From the human T2T-CHM13v2.0 reference genome, Homo sapiens: a stretch of 64,000 bases of DNA. The stretch lies in assembly GCF_009914755.1 (NCBI RefSeq), contig NC_060935.1. One strand, written 5' to 3'. Below, in pieces: positions 49,201 through 62,982 of this stretch. Positions within the stretch are counted from its first letter, which is position 1. Each line of letters opens with the position of its first letter. The notes under the pieces are model-generated. The model worked only from the letters and a program-made list of their open reading frames with translations. It made no database searches and had not been told where the DNA came from. Position numbers and translations under genes: made by a program.

Positions 49201-51799
49201 TTCGCTGTCTCCTTCCTGTATGATCTCTTAGAACTGCTATACCCTCCTGTTCCACTAACTGAGCTCTGAAAGGCTGCCAGTGGTGGGAGGTACATGGGTA
49301 AAGAGGGAGATGAGGGAGTAAGATTTAGCAATGGAATTCCATGCAAAGGCCAGCTCATCTATTCCTCTGTCTCTAGCATGATCTCCCCCTAAGATTGAGA
49401 TCTCCTGTATTTTTAGAACTGATACCCAGGTTTCCCTTAAAAGACGCTTCAAGAAAAAATGTAAAAGAAAAATCACTCTAAATACACGAACATGAGAGAG
49501 ACAGAAAGAGAGCGGGCATGTGCGCGCGAGAGAGATTGAGTATTCTCTTGTAATTTTCCATCCTGCTTGTTTTTAGGTGCTGCCATATGAAATCTCTGAA
49601 CTGAGGATTCTCATCAGCCTTCCCAGGACCCAAGGACATAGCTCTGGCTATAAATGGTGCCAGTTTTGGTGGGGGAGCTGCTGCTGCTTTATCTGGGCCC
49701 AATAAACCTTATCAAACTGCTGTGCAGCCAGCCTTCAGCCCTAAGTGGAAATGCTTGGAGCCCAATGCTGGCATTCAGCCCACAGCCTCGCCTGCCTTCT
49801 TCCTTTTTGTTACCTTCTCCACCTCTTAAATTCAGGCATTAATCTCTCTTTAACACTTACTAACAAGGGCTGGGCTTTTAATGGGCAGCGTTTATGAAGC
49901 AAGGGAGATTTTCACATAGAGTGAATATGGCACGGGGGTGGGGAGGCCAGGGCCATAGAGGATTGTGCTTTCTCTCCCATTGTTTCCAGAGATTCTCTCT
50001 TTCTCTGATTTGAGGATTAATAGGAGATTAGGATCAGGGGTTAATTGTGTGCTTCTCCTGCTACTGCACTGAGGAGAGGCTGGTAGGTGGATGTGGACAG
50101 CAAAGCGGAAACCTCCAGCAGGCACTATCTAGGCAGAAGCTCAACAAGTGTAGTGATTCTTTCTTCTGTTTCCCTGGTGAGGCACCAGGAGGGTCTTTTC
50201 TCCTCTCCTTACATCCCTCCACTCTTGCTCTCCTTGCAGCCCAGTTCTTTCCTAACTTTCTTTAAATCCCTTTCCTCTAACAGGGTGTATAGACCTTAGT
50301 TAGAAAAACAGGTAGTCTCTAAATGGGATTGCTCTTTATTGTTAATGAAATGAATACCCAGGGACTGGGCTTCCCCTCCGCTTGCCCTGGGTTTGATGTG
50401 GTTGTATCCCGTGCTATCAGAGGAGCCCTTCCTTCACTCAAGTGTGTTCCCCTGCCCAGCTCTCTCCGCAGACTCCTGCTGGGCTGAGCTTTCTCTGCTC
50501 TTAAGAGTCAGGAGTGGCTCTTGCTGGGATGGAATGACCCGTCTTTGGGGCTGCCTCATGAGCGGCTCTTGTGAACCCGGATCAGTTCCGATGTGTAAAC
50601 TCTACCGCCTGGCCTTCAGCGAACAGATACAGATTTCTGCCACCTTCCATGACCCTACAGTTCATGGGACTGGGTCTGGGGCAGTGCCAGAGGCACGCAT
50701 GGAGGTGTGATTCTAGGTGAGTCCTGCGGAAAACCTCTGGCCCACCCGTGAGTCACGGACAGAACATGCAGACTCAGGCCTTGGTGACATAAGCTCCGCA
50801 TTGCTAAAACCGCGTGACCTCGAGGGCTGACTGGCCTGAGAACCCTGGATGGCGCTCTCGGCCACCCCCACCTCCCACCCCAACCTCCTGGGCTTCGGTC
50901 AGAATCCACAGCCCGTGCCCGAAGAGCGCTTCCCGCCTCTGGCACCCTACCTTCGCTCAGCTCCAGGGAAAAGGGGAGAGGGCAGCTTTCTGCAGTCAGA
51001 GGAAGAGTACATTTTCTTTGGCTGCTCTACCCTCTGAAGTAGGGCGGCCAGCTGAAGGAGGACACACTTTTGAGGGGCCCAGAGGTTGTCCAAGCTTCCC
51101 CCTGCCCCCTGAAGACTGTGCACTGAGCTGGGCGCAGTTCTCGGGAACTGTTTCCACCCAGATTGCTGGGGGGCGGGGGGGTAGGATGAGGGCAGAGCCG
51201 AGAGGCTGTCCAAGGTTTGGGAGAGAGAAAAGTTTCTCCCAGGACTCGACCTTGGCCTCCAGCAATCGCGACAGCTAAAAACGGGTGTCTCGCTTCGACA
51301 ATAGATCCCCGCGGACCTTCTGGCACCTGGTTCACTAGCGCCCGCGAACTCTGCCTCGGGAGACTTATTGAAATCCGGATGCTCAAGCCGGGAGGCGCGC
51401 AGTAACCAGGAGGATGAGAGGGCCGGGTTTGGGCTAGGAAAGCGGCCTTTTAAAACAGATGTCAGGGGGACTGCAGCCCCGAGCCATGAGAAAAAAGTTA
51501 AAGGCGAGATGACACGCACTGAATTGGGGCAAACATTGGAAGAGGAGACAAAACTGCGTGCTTGAGCACCGGGGTGCGGGGAGGGGGGGACAAAACCCGT
51601 ATCCAGTGCAAATTAAAATCTTGGGAGTAGGTGGGGGCTGCTGCGCGCCCTTCACCCTCAGTTCCCCTATTAAGGATTCTGAGTCCCCATGCACTCCTGT
51701 CCTCTGGCTCCTTCCTTCCTCTCCGCTCGGCCGGTGAGAGGCGGCCGCCGGCGCCCCAGCAGCAGCTAGATGTCAGGCGAAGCCCGGAGCGCGGAGCGC

Positions 51800-51945
51800 G
51801 GGGAAGGGAGGGGAAGGGAGGGGAGGGGAAAGGAGGGGTGGGGCGGGGAGCGCGCGCGGGCTCGGCCAGTGCGGGGTGGTGGGCGGGCTGAGCCCGGGGA
51901 CGGCGCGGGAGGGGGGAGGGAAGGGGGGCAGCTGTGGGCAGGGAG
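51800..51945 (+). other. G-quadruplex-prone purine-rich promoter tract
   Basis: Many runs of three or more G: ggggaagggaggggaagggaggggaggggaaaggaggggtggggcgggg ... gggaggggggagggaagggggg. Confidence 0.75.
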
Positions 51946-52065
51946 CCGGGCTCGGCCGCCAGCACTAAAGATGGAGAGGCGCCGGGGCCTTGCAGGGGAG
52001 GGGGCTCGGCGTTGACGTGGGACGCGGCGGAGGCGCAGCAGCCGGTGGTGATTTGCTAACCTCGC

Positions 52066-52237
52066 AGCAGAGAGGAGTTGAGGGCGATGAGAGCGGGTAC
52101 TGCGAACTGCCGGGCGATGCTGTCGCTGCCGCCGTGATACGGAGAGCAACAGTTCCCCAGCAACACCCCTCCCCGACACAGGCACACACCCCCCGACAGG
52201 CACGCACACCCACCCCACAGTGCCCGGCTCGGCTGCG
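52066..52237 (+). other. ZBTB16: ZBTB16 non-coding exon 1 (TSS approximate)
   Basis: Lies inside the CpG island, downstream of the GC-box cluster. Strong donor GCG|GTGAGT (gt 52238-52239). Sequence agrees with my recollection of the PLZF mRNA leader. Confidence 0.8.
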
Positions 52238-52959
52238 GTGAGTGAGGGGCCGGGAAGAGGCGCACCGCCCAGCGAGCGCCGCGCGCCGGGGCTTCCCGGG
52301 GCTGGAGAGGTCTGGGGGGCGCGCGCTCGCTTCGGCCACTCGGCCGCTGGGCTTGTGCCTTTTTTATTTGGCGTGTTCCCTTCCTGCCGCTGCAGCCGTC
52401 GCCGCCACCGGTTGGGGGTCGGCTAGAAGGGGGAGCCCCGGCTGTCAGCCTGGGCGCAGCTGCCTCCCCAGCCCTTCCTCTTCAGGGCACGGTCGGGGTG
52501 AGAGGTGGGGGGCGTAGCGGTGTGCGGGGGCTGAGGGCGTGAGCAGAGGGGTCGGGGATCCGGAGGCTTTGTACCGCCAGGGGCTGGCGGAGCAACAGAG
52601 CCCGTGGGTGCTCTTATGTATGCGGACCGGTGCGCGGGCGCAAGATAAGGTTGTGGTTTATTTATTTGTGTGTTTATTCGCCGGCCGGCTGGGAAGCTAG
52701 AATCGGAGGAGCTGACGAGTAGATCTGGGGGCGGAGGGGAGCAGGACTGGGACTGCTTACGTTTTGTTTCTCTTTGAGAAAACGTGGTGGGCTTTTTCTT
52801 GATTGGACTTGATCCCCACCCCCCTTTTGCAGGGGAGGGAGGGAAGCTCCAGAGGGTCTGCAGCGCTGCGGGCCCTCCTCGGCTCTCGGCGGGACCGGCG
52901 GTGACACCGGAGCTCGCCGTGCGCTCCCGGCCGCTCTCGGTGGGTGCCGGTCTCTGCAC

Positions 52960-53222
52960 CTGATGCGTTCGGGATGCCTTTCCCACCCTGGCGCGCCCGC
53001 CGCTAGCTCGCACAGCGCCTCGCACACTCCCGCACGCGCTTGAAATGCGCACGGTCCCGCCGGCCCGCGGAACCACCCGGACGCACGGAGCGCTCCGCAC
53101 CGACTCGCTCGCCGCCTCCCCGAGACGCTCGCACCGTGCTTGGGCCGGGCGCGCTGGCCGCTGGCGCCGCTGGCCAGAGGCCTGGGACCCAGCCGGTCGC
53201 TCCCAGGGGGTCACGGCCCTGG
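52960..53222 (+). other. ZBTB16: Possible alternative first exon of ZBTB16 within the CpG island
   Basis: Second CpG-dense block ending at a possible donor CTGG|GTCGGA. Based on recollection of an alternative 5' variant; boundaries uncertain. Confidence 0.35.
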
Positions 53223-54459
53223 GTCGGAGAGGGAGGGCGGGCAGACCCCTTCTCGCCTTTCCTCCCACAACTCGCTGCGGGGCTTTTGTGCTTCCCCTTC
53301 GCCGCGGGGCGGGTCCGCCTCCCCTGCCGCTCTCGCCGCGGAGTCCAGCCCGCCCGGACTGTCGCCGTTCCTCCCCGTCTCTTTCGCTTTCCCTCGTCCC
53401 TAGCTCAGCTCTCCTTCTTTCAGGAGTCTAGCTCCTCGGGAAAAGTTGCTTCCCCAAGTTTGCTGAAGTCGTCTCCAAGTCTCGGTGGGGGTCGCTGGGA
53501 ACTGGGGGGGTGTGAGAGCGCGGTCGATCCCCGGAGCTCGGGCGGGTTATCGCCGGCTCTTCCCCGCGCCGCCTGGCTGGACGCTGCAGCCAGCGCCAGC
53601 CGGATCGCGGGCGCCGAGCGGCGGGTGGGGGAGACGGCTGCCCGTGGGCGCCCAGATTTCCCTCAGGACCCAAAAGGCTTGTTTCAGGGCGCCAAGCTTC
53701 CATTCTTTTGGCTGTTCCCTCCTAGTTCTCAGAAACCCCGATGTCTGCGGGAAAGCACGCGGTGGCTCGGCTCGGCTGAATGCTCATCCCAACCTTGACG
53801 GCCTCCGTCCCCACCCCGGGGCGGGCAGCAAAAATGTCTTGACCAGCCGTCCTGTGAATCCTTTCTGCGTGAGCTTGGTGGCTCCTGAACTGATAGAGCT
53901 CCTTCTGGGGGTGGAGGCAAGCAAGCAGTGTTCGAAGAGTGAGGGAGAGACCTTGCTGTTCCTTGCTCTCAGTGCATTCACTGCAATATTGGTCGCTGTA
54001 AGACAGACACGGGGAGGGTCCTGGGCCTGCGCGGTCTTTCTAACACTCCTTTAAGCGAGGTTTGGAGTCTAGGAGCCCTCTTATTGATCCCGGACAGGCT
54101 CTGGGAGAGGCCTTTGTTTCCCAGCCCTGTCTTCCCTTCGTACTGGTTGTAACTCACACCACAGGTGCTGGTGCCAATATCACTTCCAGCGCCTCTGAGC
54201 CATGTCCAGCATCCCTTGCTGCCCCTGGTCACAGGACTTGCAGACTCCTTGGAGCCTGTGGGACACACGTGGAGTTCACACACCCAGCCCAGCATGAGCA
54301 CTCCTGGCTGTAGGGGACCATATTTAACTATGGTCTCTCTCCATACCTTAATGACCCATCCTTCTTCGTTTTTTAGATCCTCCTGTCCACCGGGCAGTTG
54401 TGGGCAGGAGGGTAGGTACGACACCTTACGTAAGTGTGTGTGTGTAAACACACACACAC

Positions 54460-54757
<298 letters not shown>

Positions 54758-55566
54758 CCCACACACTCTTTCTGTCTGTCTCTGGCTGGTGTACATACAC
54801 ACAGTTCAGATTTTATATTATACATACAATAACTTTGAGGCTTCCGTGGGTAGAAATGACCCAAGTTAGTGTGTGGGTTGTGTGTGTTCCTGTTAGTACC
54901 TAGGGATGGGGACAGGCCTTGGGTCTGCCAGTGCTTTGCAGCCCTGAGAACAGTAGAAGGCCAGAGGCCAAGGCTGATGGTGAGAGGATAGCCTTTGCGG
55001 AGGAGAGCCCAGTGTCCATAGATTTCTGTGGCCATGGCTACAGGCTCCTGGCCTCCAATGAGTTTGACTCTGCTTCTGGGGCTCCTGTAGTGAGGCAGAG
55101 TTTGGAAAAACTGTTTAAAGATAAGGCTTGACATCCAGGGGGCTGGCGTGAAGCTGACAAGGAAGGGGCTAAAGTCTTGCTAATTTTAAGTAAGTGCACT
55201 TCATCATAATGAATGTTGGCCTTGCCTAGGGAGCCCCTACTCTCAGACACAGAGAAAGCTGAGGACTTATAGGACTTCACTACAATTTTCATTTCACTTC
55301 ATCTAACAGATGTCATAGAGTAGTGAATTAGGCATCTGCTGTGGCAGAACCTTCTTTTTACTCTCAGCATCCCTGGCTTGAAAGGCAGATTTGTAGATTT
55401 CTAGGAAGCTACTTCAATTAAAATCTCTAAGATCCTCTTGCTAAGGGCTTGGCAACAGGGAGGAGGGGGCATGTTGTAGTGGTTGAATTCTTACTTTTAG
55501 GGACACTGATGAATTTGTCTTTTGTTCTCTCATCTCTTTTGCTTCTTCCCCTCTTCTTTCTCCTAG

Positions 55567-55656
55567 CCTCCTCTATTGGCCCAGGAAGCCCACCCAGCCC
55601 CGCCACGCAGAGCCCAGAAGGAAAGAAAGCCTCATGCCTGAGCCGAGGGGAGCACC
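55567..55656 (+). other. ZBTB16: 5'UTR part of ZBTB16 exon 2 (90 nt)
   Basis: Long polypyrimidine tract (~55515-55564) ending in ctag (AG 55565-55566), 90 nt before the ATG. Confidence 0.9.
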
Positions 55657-56924
55657 ATGGATCTGACAAAAATGGGCATGATCCAGCTGCAGAACCCTAG
55701 CCACCCCACGGGGCTACTGTGCAAGGCCAACCAGATGCGGCTGGCCGGGACTTTGTGCGATGTGGTCATCATGGTGGACAGCCAGGAGTTCCACGCCCAC
55801 CGGACGGTGCTGGCCTGCACCAGCAAGATGTTTGAGATCCTCTTCCACCGCAATAGTCAACACTATACTTTGGACTTCCTCTCGCCAAAGACCTTCCAGC
55901 AGATTCTGGAGTATGCATATACAGCCACGCTGCAAGCCAAGGCGGAGGACCTGGATGACCTGCTGTATGCGGCCGAGATCCTGGAGATCGAGTACCTGGA
56001 GGAACAGTGCCTGAAGATGCTGGAGACCATCCAGGCCTCAGACGACAATGACACGGAGGCCACCATGGCCGATGGCGGGGCCGAGGAAGAAGAGGACCGC
56101 AAGGCTCGGTACCTCAAGAACATCTTCATCTCGAAGCATTCCAGCGAGGAGAGTGGGTATGCCAGTGTGGCTGGACAGAGCCTCCCTGGGCCCATGGTGG
56201 ACCAGAGCCCTTCAGTCTCCACTTCATTTGGTCTTTCAGCCATGAGTCCCACCAAGGCTGCAGTGGACAGTTTGATGACCATAGGACAGTCTCTCCTGCA
56301 GGGAACTCTTCAGCCACCTGCAGGGCCCGAGGAGCCAACTCTGGCTGGGGGTGGGCGGCACCCTGGGGTGGCTGAGGTGAAGACGGAGATGATGCAGGTG
56401 GATGAGGTGCCCAGCCAGGACAGCCCTGGGGCAGCCGAGTCCAGCATCTCAGGAGGGATGGGGGACAAGGTTGAGGAAAGAGGCAAAGAGGGGCCTGGGA
56501 CCCCGACTCGAAGCAGCGTCATCACCAGTGCTAGGGAGCTACACTATGGGCGAGAGGAGAGTGCCGAGCAGGTGCCACCCCCAGCTGAGGCTGGCCAGGC
56601 CCCCACTGGCCGACCTGAGCACCCAGCACCCCCGCCTGAGAAGCATCTGGGCATCTACTCCGTGTTGCCCAACCACAAGGCTGACGCTGTATTGAGCATG
56701 CCGTCTTCCGTGACCTCTGGCCTCCACGTGCAGCCTGCCCTGGCTGTCTCCATGGACTTCAGCACCTATGGGGGGCTGCTGCCCCAGGGCTTCATCCAGA
56801 GGGAGCTGTTCAGCAAGCTGGGGGAGCTGGCTGTGGGCATGAAGTCAGAGAGCCGGACCATCGGAGAGCAGTGCAGCGTGTGTGGGGTCGAGCTTCCTGA
56901 TAACGAGGCTGTGGAGCAGCACAG
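55657..56924 (+). CDS. ZBTB16: ZBTB16/PLZF first coding exon (exon 2): BTB/POZ domain, RD2 region with VKTE SUMO motif (K242), first part of C2H2 finger 1. Partial CDS that continues beyond the window.
   Basis: ORF MDLTKMGMIQLQNPSHPTGLLCKANQMRLAGTLCDVVIMVDSQEFHAHRTVLACTS... is the recognisable PLZF N-terminus. Strong Kozak gcaccATGG. Ends CSVCGVELPDNEAVEQH-R at donor CAG|GTAGGC (gt 56925-56926), phase 2. Confidence 0.99.
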
Positions 56925-57770
56925 GTAGGCCCCGCTCCAGCCCCGCACCTGATGTAGGACTTGAGGCCCTCACACCCCTCCTTCACACCCTGGCTGCTCC
57001 CAAGTTAGGGGCCTGGCTCCCCTGTCTTGGCAATTTGTGAAAAAACCAGAACACTTCTTCTAAAGTTCTGGCGGGGAGGGGAGCAGGTTTTTTAAAGTGT
57101 AGTGAGGGGGCCTAGGATCTTTCCAAAAAGCACCAGGGGACACTCATGGGCGCAGCTTCTTAATAGGCCCTTCCCTTTGTTTTTTGCTTTTGGGCCCCTG
57201 TTTGTTTTTTCTGCTGTTTGGTCTGTTCTCCTTTGCTTGGAGTGACTGATAAAATGGAGAGAAGGAGAAAAGGAGTGGGATGAGGGTCTCTTGGGCCCTG
57301 CATCTGACCATGTTACTAGGTTTCAGGTCCTCGGGTTCCCATGCAGTGGTCCCTGTGAAGACAGCCTGTCCCTTTCTGCAGCTTGGGAGAATGGGAGGGT
57401 CTGGGGGCTGCTTAAGCCACAAGAGCAGCTGCAGGTTCTGAACCTTATTCCTGGTGAAAGTTAATCTCCTTGCTCTGTCTCCCTTCTCATTCTCTGATCC
57501 TGCACATGCATTTAGGGGGAATTGATTTAAATGCAAGGGGAAAGGATGGGTATAAGAGTCTTGGTCTTGCAGCCTGTGAAGTCTCATTCTTATCCCATCT
57601 CTGCTCACACTGAACTAAATGCCGCTTCAGGCTAGCATTGGCTTCCCTCCGGCTTCCGTTTCCTTCTCTATGAAATAACCATTCATTGAGCTCTTATGAC
57701 ATGTTTGGTTCAGTACTAAGCACTTTCCATGAGTTGCATTTTCATTACAACAGCCCTTTGAGATAGGTAA

Positions 57771-58070
<300 letters not shown>

Positions 58071-59095
58071 GGTAATGTCCTTCTTTTACATGGAACAATA
58101 CTAAGGCTCAGATGTCAAGTCTCTTTTCTAGGGTCACATAGATAGTAAGAGGCAGAGCTGGATTCAAATTTAGGTCCTTACCCCCTGGTACTTTGCTGCC
58201 TCTTGGAGTCACTTAGACTTGAAGAGGATCATGTCTATGGAACAGAGCGTTTTGAAGATTGCTTATAGGAAGTGGAGTAAATAACAGGGGGGATAAGTAG
58301 CGAGTTTGTTTTTTTTTTCCTTGCTTCTGTCATAAACCACGTGCCCATCATTTTATCCTCTAGTTTCTGGGTCAGATGAATGGAGTCAAGAAATCCAGCT
58401 TTCTGTTGTCATTGACGACAGCATTTGGCTGCATACCCTGTGGTCTGCTGTTTTGCTGATCTTGGGTGGATTCTCCACTTCCTCCCCCTTCACCCCCATT
58501 CCCCTGTTGCTCGTTCAGGTACGGGGGATGTGAGTGAGAGGGGTTGGGGTGGGGATATCTGGAAGTTGATCTCATCACCCCTAGCCGGAATCTGCTCTGA
58601 CCCTGCCTCCTCGACAGCTCAGAGGCTTAACTTGTGGAAAGTGTGGCAGAGCTAAACGTAGCCGACTTTTTCCAGTGGGTGCGAAAAATAACCGCCACTA
58701 AGGTGTGTCTTCTTGATGCTTGTACCGCTCAGAAATAGACTGAGGTTATGTTTGTTTTTGCTCAAACTTTCCTAAAGAGGAAACCCGCTCCCCAAAGTTG
58801 ACCAGATAGATGTATCATCTTTCCGGATGTGAATTATTTCGGCTGTGTGCTATGAGAACTGGGTATGGTGGGAAGTAATTGTTTTTCTGGCTCTCATCAG
58901 GTCCTGGTTCCTGGTTGCTTTTCTTTACCCGAGAGGGCCACAAAAGATACCACTCTCCTGAGACTTCCAAGTTCCCCTTCAGCAAGACCCTCATTCCTCT
59001 GGGGAGAGAGGGAGAGTTGGCCATGTTATATTCGAAAGAGCCTGGGTATTGGAATTGGCCATATTTAGTGGTGAGAGCCTGTGATACTTATTTAA

Positions 59096-59425
<330 letters not shown>

Positions 59426-59759
59426 CTTCACTCACTTCTTAAAATGGAGACGGTCAACAGGGTTGGTGCTGAATTAATGAAGTAAGATCCAGAAATCACT
59501 AGAGCTGTGATGGGCACATAGTCACCGCAGCGGTGGAGAACTGACCATCTGTCCCTTGTGTTGTTTAGGCCTCATCTCTGCATGGTCCTCATTGGCTCTG
59601 AGTTCTAGTGTGTAGTGTCCACAGTGCCACCCTCCATGAGGGTTGTGTTGACTGTGAGGTGGTGCAGAGAATGTCCCTGTCCTTGTGAGCATATGACAGC
59701 AAGACACTGGCCCTGGAATCCTCCGTGTCACATGTGGGCTGCTGACAGGAAGAATGTGC

Positions 59760-60064
59760 TTTTGTTGTTGTTGTTGTTGTTGAGGCAGAGTCTTACTCTG
59801 TCGCCCAGGCTGCAGTGCAGTGGCATGATCTTGGCTCACTGCAACCTCTACTTCCCGGGTTCAAGTGATTCTCCTGCCTCAGCCTCCTGAGCAGCTGGGA
59901 CTACAGATGTGTACCACCATGCCCGACTAATTTTTGTATTTTTAGTAGAGATGGGGTTTCACCATGTTGGTCAGGCTGGCCTGGAACTCCTGGCCTTAAG
60001 TGATCCACCTGTCTCGGCCTCCCATAGTGCTGGGATTATAGGTGTGTGCCACCCTGCTGGGCCG
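59760..60064 (-). mobile_element. AluS with (TTG)n tail
   Basis: TSD agaatgtgctttt. Confidence 0.9.
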
Positions 60065-61341
60065 AGAATGTGCTTTTGACTGAGGGTGGAAAGTCAGCAG
60101 CTGCAGCCCAAGAAGTTAGAGCCAGGGGCAGTGCCTTTGATGGGAAGCTTGGGGGTCTAAAGAAATCAGAAAGGGGAGAAAATAATCCTGCGTGTGCTCA
60201 GCCCTCACTCAGATCAACAGCCCCTCGGGTCCCAGCTAGATGTACTTTGTAGAAGGCTTTTTTTCTCCCCCTCACCCTCAAAACTCCAGGATTAATGTGC
60301 TATTCCCTTTTTTCTACTGTTCTCTGTCTCCCCCCAACCCATCAGCAGTCTGAGAAATGCTATGGTGGAAAAAAAAAAACAACAGCCCTATAACCAGTAC
60401 AAACAAAAAGCCAAGACAAAAAAAAAAAAAAAAAAATCAGAAGGGGAGATTTTGAGGCCAGGAAGCCATGGCATTCACTGGAAATATATCAGTGATAAAA
60501 TAACAGGCTACAGGGTTTATTTTATTTTATTTTTAAGTCAATAGGCCTGAGTGTTGGTAAAGACTAGATACCCAGCAATCCTTCTTGCATTTCTTCTTGG
60601 GGTCGGGGGGCAGAAGGGAATGGAGAGGAAATGAAGGCGGATTGCTGGTAAGTGAGGCAGGAAGGCAGGGAGTTTATTATGGAATGTCATCGGTAAGTTT
60701 CCCCATGATTTGATCCCAAGCTGGTGTGGAGTGAAGGGTAAGCTGTTGGCTCAACAGATAGTGAGAATCAAACTTAGTGGAGTTGTAGATCCTGTTTCCT
60801 GCAGCGGACAGCAAGATGTACAAGCCGTCCACTGCAGGAATGACGTGCTGTAAAAGGGATGCAGTGTCAAGTGTAGTCATGGATGGGTGGGAAGACCAGA
60901 CAAAGGCATCCAATGGGACTGACTTACCTAAACAAACCAGAAGGAAGTCAGAACAGTGGGAAGATCTGATAGATAAGCAGTATTCTGCAGGCAGATGAAG
61001 GAGCAAGCTTTGGGCCCCCAAATCTTCACCAGTGCATCCACATTACAGAGGATAATGCCTGAGGGAGGGGAAGATCATCTCAGGATTCTGGAACACTGGG
61101 CCCTCCCTTTCTTATTCCAAAAGGCTGGAGCAGTTCTGCATGTAGGCTTCTCTGGAAATGGTCTAGGAACCAGCTCATCCAGGCCAGGAGCACCTGATCA
61201 TTCTCAGAGTTACGTACATATGCGATAAGATTGCAGGGAACAGTATAGTTCTATAGACTTAAGTGTGAACATAGTCCTCATTTATAGTCCCTAGTCTCCC
61301 ATGGCTCACGCAGCTTGGTCTTTATGTGTTTCTGAATTTAG

Positions 61342-61744
<403 letters not shown>

Positions 61745-62216
61745 TATTGCCTGGTTCTTGAAGGGATTCTCAGGAACCACAGGGAATGTCTGAGCCAGCT
61801 TTCTGGATCCGTGTGTACAGCCCTTCCCAGAGGCTTTGTGGAGCCAGCTGTACGGTGCATGAGCTTTGTGGCTAAGATATCAGAGTTCTGCCTGGCCCTT
61901 GGCCTTGGTCTCTCTCAGATGGTCAGCTGCTCTGTTTTTAGTGGTTGATCATGTAGAAGGCCAACAGGTGTTGACCTTGGTTTAGGCTACTTTTGGGATT
62001 TTTGAGGTTTCCTGAGACTCTTGGTTTTCTTTCATCATCCCGTCCAGAACCTCTGATGTCAAACTAAATTCTGTTTGGAAAAGGGTATGCTGTAGAATAA
62101 TGATAGCCACAGCAATGATATTAATAATACCTTTTATCGGTTGCAGCATTTTCTTCTTTGCAAAGCACCTCTAATGACTTTATCTCTCTTGCCCTCACAG
62201 CCTTCCTTGAGTGGGT

Positions 62217-62840
<624 letters not shown>

Positions 62841-62982
62841 GATTATCATTCTCTATTGACAAATGAGGAAAATGAGATTTGGAGCAAGTAAGTGACTTCC
62901 CATGGTCACACAGCTATAAATGGGTAGAACCAGGCACTCAGCTTGCCTTCTAATTCACAGTCCTGGGCGCTCTGCACCAGGC

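Larger units (their letters stand above)
51260..53850. promoter_or_regulatory. ZBTB16: ZBTB16 promoter CpG island (TATA-less, GC boxes)
   Basis: Very high GC and CpG density, multiple GGGCGG boxes (51835-51890), TGACGTGG at 52013-52020. CpG-enriched shoulder extends to ~50550. Confidence 0.95.

Noticed and set aside
50655-54054. Long ORFs up to 281 aa on both strands in the CpG island
   Set aside because: Arg/Pro/Gly/Ala-rich and expected from stop-codon scarcity in GC-rich DNA; no recognisable domain.
58240-58254. GRE/ARE-like GGAACAgagCGTTTT (ZBTB16 is steroid-inducible)
   Set aside because: Second half-site has two mismatches; I saw no full AGAACAnnnTGTTCT palindrome, and matches of this quality arise by chance.
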